Below, one piece after another: positions 38,881 through 56,393 of a DNA stretch of 64,000 nucleotides (position 1 is its first letter; the number at the start of each line of letters is the position of its first letter). The translations under genes were made by a program, and so were the position numbers. Under the pieces are notes generated by a model, which searched no databases, had not been told where the DNA came from, and saw only the letters and a program-made list of their open reading frames with translations. This DNA is from Eledone cirrhosa (Eukaryota): NCBI GenBank assembly GCA_964016885.1, contig OZ024740.1, positions 377,518,001 to 377,582,000 of the forward strand. The letters run 5' to 3'.

Positions 38881-39349
38881 ACCATGCCTAAAACCTTTGA
38901 AAACAGTGACCCAGCATGGTAACATTCCAATGAGAGGATGCAGTAAAATAATTTTTAAAAGTAAAAAATTGTGGCATATAGAAATATTAGTTCGACTCTG
39001 TCTTTTATCCCCCTGGGTCTATAAACTATTAGATACTGAGTTGCTTTAACCAATCTAGGCAGTAAGAAACTCTCGCGAGATCTCATGCTGGTGTTTCGGC
39101 CCTTAAATCCTGATACTTTCTTGCTATCTAATTGGAAATTTAGATCTAGTATTTTATAGATCCTTGCACAAAGTCAAAGAAGTAAATAAATATTATTGTG
39201 AATATGTGCTTTGAAATTGATAATAAAATCACTGGAGTCATAACTAATGATTTCTACTCAAAACTTTTTTCTAATTAACAAGTTGTATTAGAATGCTTTA
39301 GAAATCAACCTATATAACTCTTCAGAATGCTTCACAAAACTGAGAGGCT

Positions 39350-40050
39350 AGCGCGCCAGCTCAACCATCAACGCCTCGCATGTTTTCGCTCGGCCTCGCA
39401 TCCCCACAGCGGTGCCTGGCTCAATGCCTTATCCTCCTTTTCAACTGGCACGCAGATGGAAAATGATAGTCTGTGCATCGGGGTTTCACTGAGGCTCGGC
39501 CTCCGGATCTGCGAGCCACATAAATGTCGTTGCAGACTCTTTCGACCTCCACCCGCAGTCCTATCGCTACAGTGCCGGTCACCTTCCACGCCATGCTGCT
39601 CTCAACGAGGTCATAAAGCATGGCTTGGATGCTGCAAGCTTCCCCTCCCAACTCGAGACGGAGGCACTGGACCGAGGGGACGGCAAAAGAACAGGCAGCA
39701 TGATCATTTTCTTGTTCCGAGGTAGTAAACCCCTCGTCTGGGGTGCCACGTGCAGCGACACATTCTCCAGGTGCAGTCTGCGACTAACGCAGGCTCTGCT
39801 GCACTTCGGGCTGAGGAGGGTAAACTCTCCAAATATCGGCCGCTCTCCGACAGGTGTCCTTAGGCCTAGAGCCCACCTCCCTACTCACCACCATCGACTC
39901 AGAGCTGACTACCCGCATGAGTGAGCCTCTCGAGCTGGAATCACTCTGCCAGCGCATCTCCCTCACCATCCTCCGGGGAAACGCCTTTTCAATTCTCTCC
40001 GCCGGGGCTGCGGAGCGGTCAGTGCGTGGACCCCCACTTGCTCATAATAA
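39350..40050 (+). mobile_element. CRE-clade-like RLE non-LTR retrotransposon 3' fragment, degraded
   Basis: SGAWLNAL..LRLGL..CRC, RHAALNEVI, DGKR, LVW.ATC.DTF and QRISLTILRGNA; ends in a short ATAATAAT. Confidence 0.7.
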
Positions 40051-40271
40051 TGAGAGATTGGGAGAGCGGAAAAGACGGAGACGGTGACAGTGGCAGTTTG
40101 ATTCCTCTATGTTCGGACCTGGTGTACATGTGTGTGTGTGACTGATTTAATAGTATCGTTTTTCCTTTTATATATCTGTATAAAGAAATGTTTAGAAAAA
40201 GCATTTACGTATCGTCTGAATACGTATGTTATATTGTAGCAACTGTCTTACATATATTTTTCTTCTTACAG

Positions 40272-40363
40272 CAAGCAGAAACTGTCGTTTCCATTTTCAT
40301 TTGGGGTTACACTATATCAATCATCACTTTGAGTATATCGATGATCATCTTTAATAGTTTTAG
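40272..40363 (+). CDS. Exon (TM1) of a class B/secretin-family GPCR, calcitonin/CGRP-receptor-like
   Basis: ttttcttcttacAG acceptor and AG|GTAAGT donor; encodes QAETVVSIFIWGYTISIITLSISMIIFNSF(R); 92 nt, phase 0 to 2. Confidence 0.88.
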
Positions 40364-41586
40364 GTAAGTCTTTTATTAGAATTTATACCTCTCATCATTA
40401 TCATAGCTGTTTTACTCATTAATGTTTGAGTTGTTATTGTTAACTACATGGCAATAAGTAGATGCATTTTAATGGTTCTATATGATCTGTTTGTTTACAG
40501 GTAACGAAATAACTTGCAAATAGGAATTTCTTAAATTTCTTTCAGAGAATATGTCAACACAGAACAAGCTCAGATAAGGATTTAAAAAGTTAAGTCGTAT
40601 TAGAATGCTTTATTTGCGGAACAATAGAAAATGCCAACAGTCGTAATACCGCCATCAGTGGTTGGTGAGCAGAAACAATAGTACTCAGTAATTCTTTATT
40701 TGCTACAAGGATGACATGTGATTAGACATGACAAAACAGTATTTAAAAAACAGATGTGGATTTACACAGAACCGATTATGACAAAAACGTATATAGATAA
40801 AATAAAATGAAATGAGATATCCCAATAGGGGCACGGCCACTTAGAATGAATCAAAGAATTCTACAGAGTCAGGATTGCTCTGACTACCATGAGCACGTGC
40901 CTACTCCCAGTTTGGTTCTCCAGCCTCAAGGTGCTTACTTAGAGTAGGCACACTCCCCAGACTCATCCAATTTTCAGTAATGGGTAGTACTTCCTTTACT
41001 ACCCGCACCTCTCCTTTTAAAAGGTTATTGTAGAAGTTGATGAGTGCTCAACCAAAGAAAAAAGTGTCTCCTCGATCATGTTAATTTTCACGACCACACA
41101 AACATTTTCACCACCATACAGAGAAAATTTTCCTGCTCTTCCCACGAAAGGAAAACGGTGGGGTGATCCTCGCAATGAACTTAGCTGTTAAATGTACACT
41201 GCACAACACAATACTTGTGTGCATCTCAGATAAATCAGGCTGGCAGCACTACCGCAGCTGAATAATTTATAACGAAACGGCAATGGCATCTGAATAGCAT
41301 TAACAAGCAACAACTTTCTGGAAGCTGCTCAGAATCCCCAAGAGGAATCTTATCCAGTATAATAAATACTATTGCAGCATTATGAGATTTTGGAAGCTCT
41401 AGGAATGCTAACAAAAACAATTGTGGTAGAATTAACAGTGGTGGCATTACCATTATACGTATACTTTACTAATATAATTTCTCATTTCCCTCCTTAATTG
41501 GAAACTCAAAATTCTATTATTTATTTTCCTTATATGCACATATGTGTCCGTGAATGTACACATGCGTAGGTTTCAGGTATGTATGC

Positions 41587-42021
<435 letters not shown>

Positions 42022-42591
42022 AAAATACATAATGCTCACACTTCCTCACTTTTATTCTGCTTACCATAGTAATAGGAAATAGACAAACTTCTCCACACAA
42101 AAAAGACAGAACTTTCCTCTACTACCACCTATATATATTCGTTAATTAAATTTTCGGCTGAACAATTTAAAGATGCATGTAACTAGAAAAAAATCATTTT
42201 TAATTTAACCGTTGATATAAATAGAAAAGATTTTTGTATATTTTTCTTCAAAGTGATATAATATAGAATGTTTATTCATTATCATTTTCTCGAACACATG
42301 TAAAATAGCTTGTTTGCTTTGAAAGTTTTGGAGAACTTAATGAAACAACAAAATGAAAACTACAGATCAAATTAGAGAAAATGAACTTTTTAAAGTAAAA
42401 TTATACTGATTGTTGTCAAGTTAATTAAAATAGGTTACTTGCTACAAAGTTTAATTAACACCAGCTGGGAAACAGTTACTAAATTCAAAATACTATGAAA
42501 ACAAGAGAAAATATACACAAGCTCACGTTTATATATAACTTTTACTAAAATTATCTACAAGTGTTCAAAGTATATTATTGTATTATATGTA

Positions 42592-42702
<111 letters not shown>

Positions 42703-42719
42703 CGTGCGTGTGTGTGTGT

Positions 42720-42880
42720 AGCGGCGAATTGGCAGAGCCGTTAGGACGTCAGATAGAATGCTTTATTGTATTTGTTCTGGCTCTTTGCTCTCTGAGTTCA
42801 AATCCCACCGTGGTCAACTTCTCCTTTCATCCTTTCGAAGTCGATAAAAAAAATACCAGTCAAGTATTGGGGGTCGATTC
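42720..42880 (+). mobile_element. tRNA-type SINE
   Basis: TGGCAGAGCCG A box, GAGTTCAAATCC B box and core. Confidence 0.75.
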
Positions 42881-43863
42881 TTCCTCTCTCTGGAAGAAAT
42901 CTGCAGTACTCAGGCCTGGAGAGGAATGGGCTCCGCCAGGCTTAAAATGCCCAAGAAATGCCGTATTTTAATACGACGCCCCTACGACTATATCATTAGA
43001 TATATATGTAAAGTGTGGTGTGGTGTGTGTGTGTTCATGTGTGCGCGCGCGTGCGTGTGTGTGTGCGCGCGCGCATGTGTGTGTGTGCGCGCGCGTGTGT
43101 GTGTCAAAAAAATGTTAGAGGTGAAAATGCATGTGAGAAGGGCTCTACAAAATATGTGTACATACAAATAGAATCATGTCTGAATATGGCGAATTGAGGG
43201 AAAACCTCAATCAACTAAGTCAGAAACGCCGTTTAGATTTGCCAATTAATGAAACATAAAGGGTGGAGAGAACGATTAGGGCGTTGATTGATTCTGTCTT
43301 CTGGAAACAAGTTAAGGCAATGCAGTTGGGGCAGACTTGGTGAAGATAACGGATATTTACGAGGCTATTAGATCTCATCAGCGAGTCATTCACTCGGTAA
43401 TTTAGAAAGACTAGGAAGGCTAAATGTATATTACTATATCTGTATTGTATTGTGTGCCTGTATGTTTGTTTATATGTAGAGTGTAAGTTATGGATATATG
43501 TGATTAGTTTTACAATTGTGTGCATGTGTCTGTTTGTTTGTGTGTTAAATGTAATCCGTTGACATCGTTTAGCCTCTTTATCACTCTCTAACTTACTTTC
43601 CCACCGAAAAAACAACCCATTCTCTTCTTAGCGTCCATTACAAATATTGCGCATTCATTTTCAGTTAGACATGAACACAAATTTACAACAGATTTGTATT
43701 GAGATTTATTTTATATCGCAACTTATGAACAGCACCGTTGTTTGATAAGAGTGTCTGTAAATTAGTAGACTTCGTTCGAAGAATACTACGTAGTTATATC
43801 GCAGATACATAGTGAAAGATATACATACATACTACATGCACACACACACGCACATGTGTATAA

Positions 43864-43913
<50 letters not shown>

Positions 43914-43916
<3 letters not shown>

Positions 43917-44527
43917 CTTAAAAATGGAATGAGAATAAGAAGAAAGCAAGAACGGGGTGGGGGATTTTCCTCATCAGTTGTCTACTGGGGTCTCGGATAT
44001 TTCAACGCTTTAAAGACAATATATCTACCCCCAGAGCGTTCAATAACTGGATACGTTATTGGGAAAACGGAGGAGGGGGGGGATAGAAGGGAAAAGAAAA
44101 AAGGGAAAGAAGGAGAAAACAGCGGAAAAAAACAACAGATCATAGCGGTAACAGAACTTAAGTTCGAGAGAGTCTGGGCGAACGAAAAGACACGACTGAC
44201 CCCACCGAGTGTAAGTGAGAAAAGGACTGCTAGATGGTCAGGCGAGGGAAACAATGAGGTGACTGGAAGAGAGAGGGTGAGTGAGAGGGAGAAAAGGAGA
44301 GGGAGAAAGAGTGGGAAGAGTAGATAGTAACGAAATAAGTAGGTAGAGGGAGAGAGAAGACGGGTCACAGCGAAACATGATAAAATAGATGGAGAATAGG
44401 ATTGGCTGTGTAGTTACTAGTTAAGGTAAAAATGGAATGAGAATAAGAAGAAAGCAAAAACGGTGGCGGGGGAGTTTTCCTCATCAGTTGTCTACTGGGG
44501 GTCTCGGATATGTCAACGCTTTAAAGA

Positions 44528-44529
<2 letters not shown>
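43914..44529 (-). mobile_element. Penelope-like pseudo-LTR remnant with ~100 bp direct repeats
   Basis: 43914-44017 is repeated at 44424-44529; the minus strand carries GAAA..CTGATGAGG hammerhead-like motifs. Flanked by (TA)n. Confidence 0.5.
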
Positions 44530-44582
<53 letters not shown>

Positions 44583-44939
44583 TATAAAGCTGGACCAAAC
44601 AGCACCATAGATGCAACTTTTTCCAAGTAAAAAAGTGAGGGTATTTTTGTCTACTGAATTTTGTTAAAAGATTAAAGACATTATTTAAATATTCATTCTT
44701 TAAAATTTCAAATGTCAACACTCGCGGTTATAAGTCATTCCTCACTTTTTCTTATGACGTCGCACAACATTCCCTTCTATGTCTGGCTGTCTGCATTAGA
44801 TAACGTTTTTCGAAATATTTACTTCTGCGTTCACAGACGGATTTTTATAGTTTCAGAAGATCCCGTTATATATTCGTGTTCATATATTTTTGCATACACA
44901 AAAACAAAAACCTATTTATTTTACGAAAGCACAGACGGC

Positions 44940-45535
44940 TTATCCTCATTGTTACTGTTCGAGGTTAGAGGACCACAGTCTTTCCAAGATCTGAGAACCA
45001 TCAATGGCCATCAATGTTCCACTTACAGTTTGGCTTGCCAGATGCGTGGTATGTTACACGATGACAGCCATTGGCACCTCACCCTGCAAGAAGCAGCAAC
45101 TGCTAAAGTCCCTTCTCAGCTGCGAAAACTTTTTGCTATTATGCTGTACAACTGCGATCTCGCCGACCCTCTCGCACTGTGGAACAACCACCGTGAAAGT
45201 CTAGCTGAGGACATCCTCCACCGCATACGCAGACACAATCCAAACGTAACGTACGATGTCGTTTTCAGTGAGGCGCTCGTTTGTCTTCAAAACAGTGTCC
45301 TGGAGATTGGTGGTAGGCCTCTAAGTCACTACAGCTTACCTGCTCCTGACAGTAGTGTCCAGAGGTCAACGTCTACAGAACTTCTCCGCGAGACGAGCTA
45401 CGAAATTAGGGATTCTCCCATGGTCAATTGTATGTAGGATGCTCTAGGGTGAGCTCGCCAAACAATCTCTTCATCTTTGCTCCGGAGGGCCGAACAAAAA
45501 ATATTGTATACTCTGAGGCTCTAACAATGTAATTT
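44940..45535 (+). mobile_element. Helitron RepHel fragment with the helicase core deleted
   Basis: LLLFEVRGPQSFQDLRTING..ACQMRGML.DD..QLRKLFA..P.ALW, then FSHGQLYVGCSRV..TKNIVYSEAL. Confidence 0.88.
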
Positions 45536-45600
45536 AAATATTTTCTGTTACTTGGAATTTCCATTATAGTTGTCCAAATTATTGTACAGTGGATAGGCAG

Positions 45601-48483
<2,883 letters not shown>

Positions 48484-48757
48484 AGACTATTTTCTGCGAA
48501 GTTTCTAATTCAATTGAATGTTCAAATTCCACCAACTTTTTCTAATCACGTGATGTTTACACACAACCACACGCTCTCACATACATGCGCACACGCGTGA
48601 GCCAGAGGGCTTGAACTAGGCGCATGTGGTAGCGAATCAAAACTGCTAATCACATAGTAATGCCTGCGCTCTTGAAAATAGATTTACTTTCATGCATTGC
48701 TGCAATCAAACTGGCGTGAAACAAAAGAAGATAAGCATTAAATTTATGAAACTCTAA

Positions 48758-49753
48758 ATAATTGTTTCTACTTTTTGGCACAAGGCATTACTGGTACTTT
48801 ATTTTATCTTCTCTGGAAGAAATCGGTTATGTTCAGACATGGAAAGGTTTATATGCCTAAAATGTCACTTCGGGGTCCCAATGACTCAATTAATGGTTAC
48901 GAGTCCATACATACAAATAAGTGTTTCTACTTTTTGGCACAAGGCCAGTAATTATCCCAGTACATTACTGGTACTTTATTTTATCGGCCCCATAAGGATG
49001 AAAGGCAAAGTTAACCTCGACATCTTTTGAACTCAGACCAAAAGGGCCATAACTCTATGCTGCAAAGCATGGCTTCCGACTCTCTACCGATACTGCCAAT
49101 CCACCTCCCTCCAAATAATTGTTTCTACTTTTGGCACAAGGCCAGCATTTACGAGAAAAAAGAAAGAGAGATAGAGAACTGGTACATTACTGGTACTTTA
49201 TTTTATCGACCCCATAAGGATGAAAGGCAAAGTTAACCTTGACGGGATTTGAACTTAGACCGTAAAAGGACGTAACTATGCTATAAAGCATGGCGTCCAA
49301 CCTTCTACCGATACTGCTAATCGTTTACATATATGTCAACACCGAAGCAACATACAGCAATGTAAAGAGTGTAAAGGAAAAGTGAAAAAACAGACACGAA
49401 AATTACTGTTTCTTTTCGTTATTAAATCATTCCTAAAAAATTTATTTTTACTTCGAACATATAAGTTGGCAATATTATTTACGGAATTTCAACAACCTGC
49501 AATCAATGGTGGGTTTATAACCAGACATTGATATTTCTCTCAACACGGTCTACTAGTCTAAATATGGTTCATTCAGTATCGGTTGAGGGTTGGACGCCAT
49601 GCTTTCTAGCATAGTTACGTCCCATTACGGTCTGAGTTCAAATCCCGTCGAGGTTAACTTCGCCTTTCATCCTTACGGGGTCGATAAAATAAAGTATCAG
49701 TAATGTACTGGGTAATTAATTGCTGGCTTTGTGCCAAAAGTAGAAACAATTAT
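48758..49753. mobile_element. SINE cluster: minus copies ~48758-48810, 48920-49110, 49117-49322; plus copy 49570-49753
   Basis: A/B boxes, core and hairpin tail. Confidence 0.8.
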
Positions 49754-50799
49754 CTTAGAGTCACATAGTTGGACTAGGCGTGTAGCTCATTCGCCTTCCT
49801 CTGCATTTCTATTTGTTTAATGCATCACTTAAACGGCTTACCTAACGCAATAGCAGTTTGGACATTTCCATTTAATCAACTGTTATTTGCTCCTGGTGGA
49901 TCTTCTTTGTTGTAATTCATACTGTTTAAGAACACTGCGTTTTCAATATGCTGTTGACTCCAACAGAATAATTTGTTATTGCAAAACAAAATAGTTTTAT
50001 GAAATTCAAGAGTCAAGTACAAGTGTTGAACAATATTAAATGTATTTTGTATTATATACTTTCTTCTGTAAAGTTGTCAGATTTACTTGATTACTTGCAG
50101 TCGTGGCTTACAAACTTACTACTTGTATTTTTAATTGACTGACATTATCTTCATCTCTATTGTTTTTTTTCTGACAAAGAAAAATAAAAGTGTACATGAT
50201 TATAGCCAAAGGTAACTTTTAAATAGAACAATACATAAATTCTTGGTAAATGATTAAATTAATTTACAGCATGGGCTACATTATTTATACCTCCACTAAA
50301 ATAGATTATCTCGGTTTATTTTTGTTTGTTTGTTTTTTGTTATGTTTTTTGTATCGTTTACCTAACAAAACCTGTATTCTAAACTTAAGTTGAACCTTAT
50401 GATGTTCAAAGCTTCCCCATTTACGCTAGCAGCATTTGTGAAGTAAAATTATTTCGAGCAATAATTAGAACCGCAATGTAGTTTCGAGTCGTAAAGAGCT
50501 TAACTCTTTATCTGCATGGTTCTTCACTTGTAGTGGTAATAATTTCCCATAGCATCAATGCATATATTCTTGCTATATTGCAATTTGTGTTGTTTTAGTC
50601 GTTTCTTTCTCTCTGGCATTTTTGTAACAATGATGATCGGCCTTTTCACAAATAACCATTATTTATTCGCGCCTAGAGTTGATTTTAGAATAATAATAAA
50701 ACTCCACGTTATCAAAGATCTTAGAACGGATATTTAAATTTTTTAAATCAGATTTTCTTGTACATCGGAAAATGTTATTGTGACCGGGTTTAGGCTACA

Positions 50800-51720
50800 A
50801 GCAAAGTATTCTCTCCGCCTCGCAAAGATGTATCTCTCTTCAGAGAAAAAACTCCAGGCGAGTTCCTGATTACAGGCGTGGAAAGGGGCTTCTTATTACG
50901 AAGTCGGTGGAAGGTCTGTCTGAATACTTATTTGTTGTTCTGAAGTCGATTCCAGCTTAACTCCTAAAGCCTCCCATATCTTAACCGTGGACGCCTTTAC
51001 CGCCTCTGCTGTAACTTTTTGTGCCTGCTTGTACCACAAGTGCAAGAAAGAGGATTAATTACCAAGCCAAGCTTTGTAAGCCTCCTTCTTTGCTTGAATA
51101 GCATCTTTGAACTCTTAATCGAACCAAGAGCTCCTCTTGCCACTTGGCGTCACACCGAGCCGTTTTCTCCACAGCATTTAACAACTGAAGCGGAAAATAT
51201 CGAGGTGAACAGTCTCCGCTCCGTATCAACGGCCTCAATTTGTTCGGGGAGTTCTCTGAATTTGAATGCAATAATATCCACATACTTGGTCCTGACTTCC
51301 TTATCAGTCAGTTCTTCCCTCTTTATCCTGTAGGTCGAGCTGGACCTGTCACTTTTGTAGGTTTTCTTGGTTTTAGATGGGGATCGGTTTACAGCTAAGT
51401 ACCTCTCTTAACAAGACCCGGCACAGAATCGAAGAGACCAGAGACAATAATAAAGTCAATTATAAATCACTATCCCCAATTCCCCTTATTCCATGTATAT
51501 TTGTGGATGTCTTTGTGCTGGAAGATGTTCACAATGGAGAGCCCATAACTAGAACAGAAGCCTCTCTATTCCTATTTAGATTGGGATCATCTTTCCATCT
51601 TTTCCATGTCAAGTAGTCGATGCCAACATGTGCACTGAAGTCTCCCATTAGGATATATGACTGTCTTAACTACATCTAACGCTACAGTGACTTCATCAAG
51701 GAAGAATCTGTTTCTGAACT
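50800..51720 (-). mobile_element. Degraded RTE (Expander-like) APE/linker fragment
   Basis: GDFSAHVG at ~51625-51650 on the minus strand; RIKREEL..FKFRELP..SASVVKCCG. Confidence 0.6.
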
Positions 51721-51749
51721 CTTTGTTTGACGCATAAACTAGTATCACC

Positions 51750-52430
51750 CACAGAGTTGGCCAATATCTACACTGGGTAATATGTCGGCATTACAAAATC
51801 AAAGCTGAAGACAAGTGGTACAATTATCACCCTGAGGCTGTAACTGGAGGAGAAAAAGTAACAATTCTCTGGGACTTTCCTGTACATACTGACAGGACCA
51901 TAAAAGCAAATAGACCTGACATCATTGTAAAAGATCAACATAACAAGGTCTGTTTGTTGATAGATATGAGCCTCCCATGTGATCACAATATCGTGGCCAA
52001 AGAATTTGACAAGCTACGAAAATATAAAGATCTGCTTATTGAAATTGAGAAAATGTGGCACCTCAAGGCCGTTACAATACCAGTGATTGTGGGAGGACTG
52101 GGAATGATCAAGAAAGGAACAGAACAATATTTGCGAATGATTCCTGGTTTACCCTCTCTGCACGAGATGCAAAAAATGTTTTTGACTGGTATTGAGAAGA
52201 GCACTATCTCTGTAAGATTGATATCCCTCCTTGTATTTACATATGCATATACACATGTGTATACTGTTTTTTTTGTTTGTTTTTTTTTATTATAATCAAT
52301 GTGCTGTATTAACTGGCTTACCAATGCACACTGTGAATTTATTTGCCCTAGGTGTCAGGAAGACACTCGGCTTATATCTCAGAAACAATAATGAAAGAAA
52401 AGAAAATAATAATAATAATAATAATAATAA
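51750..52430 (+). mobile_element. R4/Dong-like family C 3' fragment with (AAT)n tail
   Basis: QYLHWVIC..WY..HPE..ILWDF..TDRTIKANRPDII..LLIDMSLP..KYKDL..IPVIVGGLG; tail at 52405-52430. Confidence 0.88.
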
Positions 52431-52799
52431 CAAAAACAAAATCATTTGACGATATCAATAGTTGTATTCTTTGATCAGTTATATATTTCCAGTTTATCAC
52501 AAACTAGGGTAAAGTTTGTTTTAATTAACATTAAGTACGATGAAGTTTTAGTGGATATGCCTTGTCTTAAACAATAATTCTCAACTTGCTCAAATTAGTT
52601 TTTGCTAACACCATCAGAAATGTGTAATGCCAATAATTGACGCCACGATGGTATGCATGATTGTTTTATTTGTATTTCACAAAAATAAAATGTTTAAAAT
52701 TTCTCTATTTGTTTAATTTTTACCATAAGGTTAGCTTATTTTCTTATACTTTTTTTTATCATTAAACTACTTAATTCAATTTTTTGGCATTTTTTACAG

Positions 52800-52926
52800 G
52801 CAGCTTGACTGTGCACGAGTATCAATCCATAAAAACCTTTTCATGGCTTCGATTTTAAATGGAATCGTTTGGATAGTAGAATATAAAGTCATTGTAAATG
52901 AAGGCCACATACTTCACGACAATTTT
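52800..52926 (+). CDS. Exon (ICL1-TM2-ECL1) of the calcitonin-receptor-like GPCR
   Basis: tttttacAG acceptor and GTAAGT donor; (R)QLDCARVSIHKNLFMASILNGIVWIVEYKVIVNEGHILHDNF with the class B IHKNLF motif; 127 nt, phase 2 to 0, matching both neighbours. Confidence 0.93.
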
Positions 52927-55598
52927 GTAAGTTTTATGTTTGCTTTTTGCTGCTTTTTTTCTTGTTTTATTAGGTTGGTCCACTTATCTGTAAATAATGT
53001 TAATTCAACTAACTTAAGCTCTATGAACATTAGAATATAATATGAGTAGGTTTCAGTATTTAGTTCACGTTCTAGGGTTATCAAGAACACCAAAACTACT
53101 CCGTTGTAATTCATTTTGATAATTTCAGGTCTACAATCTCGTTAGATGATAACTGTAAAGAGCAAATGTTGATTCATTTTCAACGAGCACATGACTAAAT
53201 TGAGCAGATGGAAAGAGTCAATTGAAACGGTACAATTTTTGTCCTAGCGTTTATCCCGCCGCTTTTTACTGGGACCGCTAATCATATCTCTCTGCTATTG
53301 AAGGACTATCACCGCTATTCGGGTTTCATCTTAAGGAGACTTGTTTAGGAGGTGGCATTTGACCTTTAAGTGCAACTGACACCGCAAAGTATTTCATCCG
53401 ACGCTCTAACAATTCCGCCAACCCATCATCCTTAACTGATACTTTGTTTATCCATTCCAAATGGAGGAAATGAAAGGTTGACTTCGACAGAATTTACCTC
53501 AAAGTACAGAGATCCGGAACAAATACCGCAAGACACTCTAACGATACTTCCAATTCACCAACTTTGAATTAACTCGATACAATTCATTATCCGTAATAGT
53601 TTAATCAAGACCAGAATGACGAAAAGCAAAACTGATCTCAGATGAAAGACACAATCCAATAGCGGTAAAGCATCTATTTGAATGCTGTACTTTTGCTTTC
53701 ACTTCAATTAAAACGACTTCTTTAAGAACCACGAGCCGAAAAGAATTACATATGAAGTATATTTTAGTATTTCAGCATCATTTCTAAACTTTGTTTAGTT
53801 TAGAAGATACAGTTCTAATCCTAATAGTGTTTATTAGAGCACACCAGCAACTGTGGCAAGTACAACTGAAGTATAAACGTATATTATATCTCCTGTGACA
53901 ATAAAATAAGTGATTCATTCGAATGCATCGCAAAGATTGGCTTTCTGTCTGTGCAAAATCAATATTTTTATATGATATTAAAACATGTTTGCTTTCATCT
54001 GATTTCAACGAAATGAGATATATTTTCAAATGTCGAAACAGTTTATTTTCTTTTTTGTTTCTACCATGTTATATAGCTTATGAATTCTTATATTCAATCC
54101 ACTTTATAATGTTTTGACTGGCAGGATCATAGATCGATCATTCATAATTTTTTCTGTTCTAGATCGCTCTTTTTTCATACTTTGAGGATTAAACTATTGA
54201 TGAGAATCTTCAAATATCATTTAACCGTACCTAAAATACTTATAAAATGTCAATATCAACATCATACATTTTAACTATGAGCATTAAGCTGAGAAAGATT
54301 ACAAATTCCTGTTCTGTTTTGCATTGTCTTTTGTTGTGTTTCTTTTGCAATATTATTCGTACATAACTATAAATGCTTTCTTAAGCATTAATTATTTTAA
54401 CCTATTGCACGAGCATTTTTTCTATTAGAATCTAGAAGTGTATTTATAAGATACAGTAGCAATTTAAATCTAAAATTCCCAAGAAACGTGACACTTTTAT
54501 AGCAGTTTCTTCCAGTACAACAATTTTCTGTTCAGTCAGTGATTCAAGGAAATTAATCTATTTACATGTAATCTTTAATATCACACACTGACACTGCTTT
54601 CTGTGATTGAGCACCTACATACAGACGTCTGCGTTGACTTGTATTTCATTAATGTGTATTTTATGAAGCTTGAGAATGCTTTGGAAAGCAGTATCGATTC
54701 CAAAACACGTTATGGAAAACATTTTGATTTGATGTTTGATTGTTTGTCCATCAAGATATCCATATATTACTGTGTGGAATATTATGTATTCACTGTGCAA
54801 ATACATCCTTATTCTACATCTCCTTCTAAGCAACATATATTGCTTTTGTCACTCTACGTCTCTGAGTATAGAAATTATTTAAAATATTATTTTCTTCACC
54901 TAAAGAAGAAATATTGCCCCAATAGCATGTTAATATTCTATAGATGGGAGATTTGTATTCTTAGTTCAGTGAAGTATCAAAACATTGTTACGTAAATACC
55001 CAGTAATCGTTTATACTGATGACAACCCATTCCTAAATATCTGTTTAACACAAGATCCTGGATATTTGAAATATGCTTCTAAATAATATACAGATGTGAG
55101 CGTTCGTGTGGATGTGTGTGTATATGTGTGTCTGTGTGGATGTCTGTGTGTGTGTGCCTGTATTAATTTCTTATTGGTGCATTATGAATTCAATTTGATG
55201 TAGCATGGACAACTAGAGTGGAATTGGAAGATGTGAGGTTTTATAAGTGTGCATCTGATGTACGCTAAGTACTAAATTCAAAGTACTAGATATCATAGAT
55301 GACCTTTTCTGACTTCTGGCTGTTCTCAAAAATGGAGAATCTACTGAAAGGCTCACACGTTGATAGTCGGGATGATATCATGTGGAGTGAGACAGCGCAT
55401 CTGAGAGCCATTCCAGAAAAGGCACACCAGACGTAGATCCCTGAGTTAAGTGTGTGTAGGCATAAAGAACCTACACTAGCTAGAACATAAATTCGTTTCC
55501 TAGCTTTTTTACCACACACACACACACACACACACACATACATACATACATACATACATACATACATACATACATACATACATACATACATACATACA

Positions 55599-55628
<30 letters not shown>

Positions 55629-55629
<1 letters not shown>

Positions 55630-55990
55630 GGTGGCTGCCAACTCGTTTTCGATTACGGCCACTACTTTATATCCATGTAGGAGAACTCCTACCGATGCAC
55701 TGAACGAGTGTGACTTTTTAGTCCAGCCAGCGACTTGAAAACTCTGGTACAAACACTACACTTGTGACAATTATTGACACATAGTACCATGGTACCATGT
55801 GACGACAAGTGCAGAGAGATCTCCAGTTATAAAGCAATGCCTGTGCCGTGAAGCTTTTATAGTGAGCAAAGGCACTGCACAAAGCCAGTCCCACTCTCTT
55901 AACCAAGATGATATTTACCAAAAAGAAGAACAAGTCAACATCATTGGATACCATCAGAGTTGCAGGTGTTATATCAAAGTTTTCCTCCTC
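55629..55990 (-). mobile_element. Non-autonomous RTE-derived element, copy 3 (5'-truncated)
   Basis: Matches the 3' 360 bp of copies 1 and 2; (TACA)n on both sides; a short RTE 3' end follows at 56049-56090. Confidence 0.8.
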
Positions 55991-56229
55991 TATACATACA
56001 TACATACATACATACATACATACATACATACATACATACATACATACATGATGGCTGCCCCCTCGTTATCGAGTATGGCCATTGCACGAGAAAAAAAAAG
56101 AAAAACCATAATAATAATAATAATAATAATAACAACAACAACAACAACAATAATAATATACATATATATATATATATATACACACACACATACACATAAA
56201 CATATCTACACACACACACACGATAACAA

Positions 56230-56300
56230 TTAATAGCGGTGCGATTGAATGTGGCTTTTTAGCCCAGCCAATGATCTAAAATGTCTTGCACAGAGTTGGC
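56230..56300 (-). mobile_element. RTE ORF C-terminal C2H2 remnant
   Basis: YVCQLCARHFRSLAGLKSHIQSHRY*. Confidence 0.6.
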
Positions 56301-56393
56301 ATACATACATACATGCATACATACATACATACATACATACATACATACATACATACATACATACATACATACATACATACATACATACATACA

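Noticed and set aside
54603-54995. 130-aa ORF in AT-rich intron
   Set aside because: No recognisable motif or supporting splice sites; composition matches non-coding DNA.
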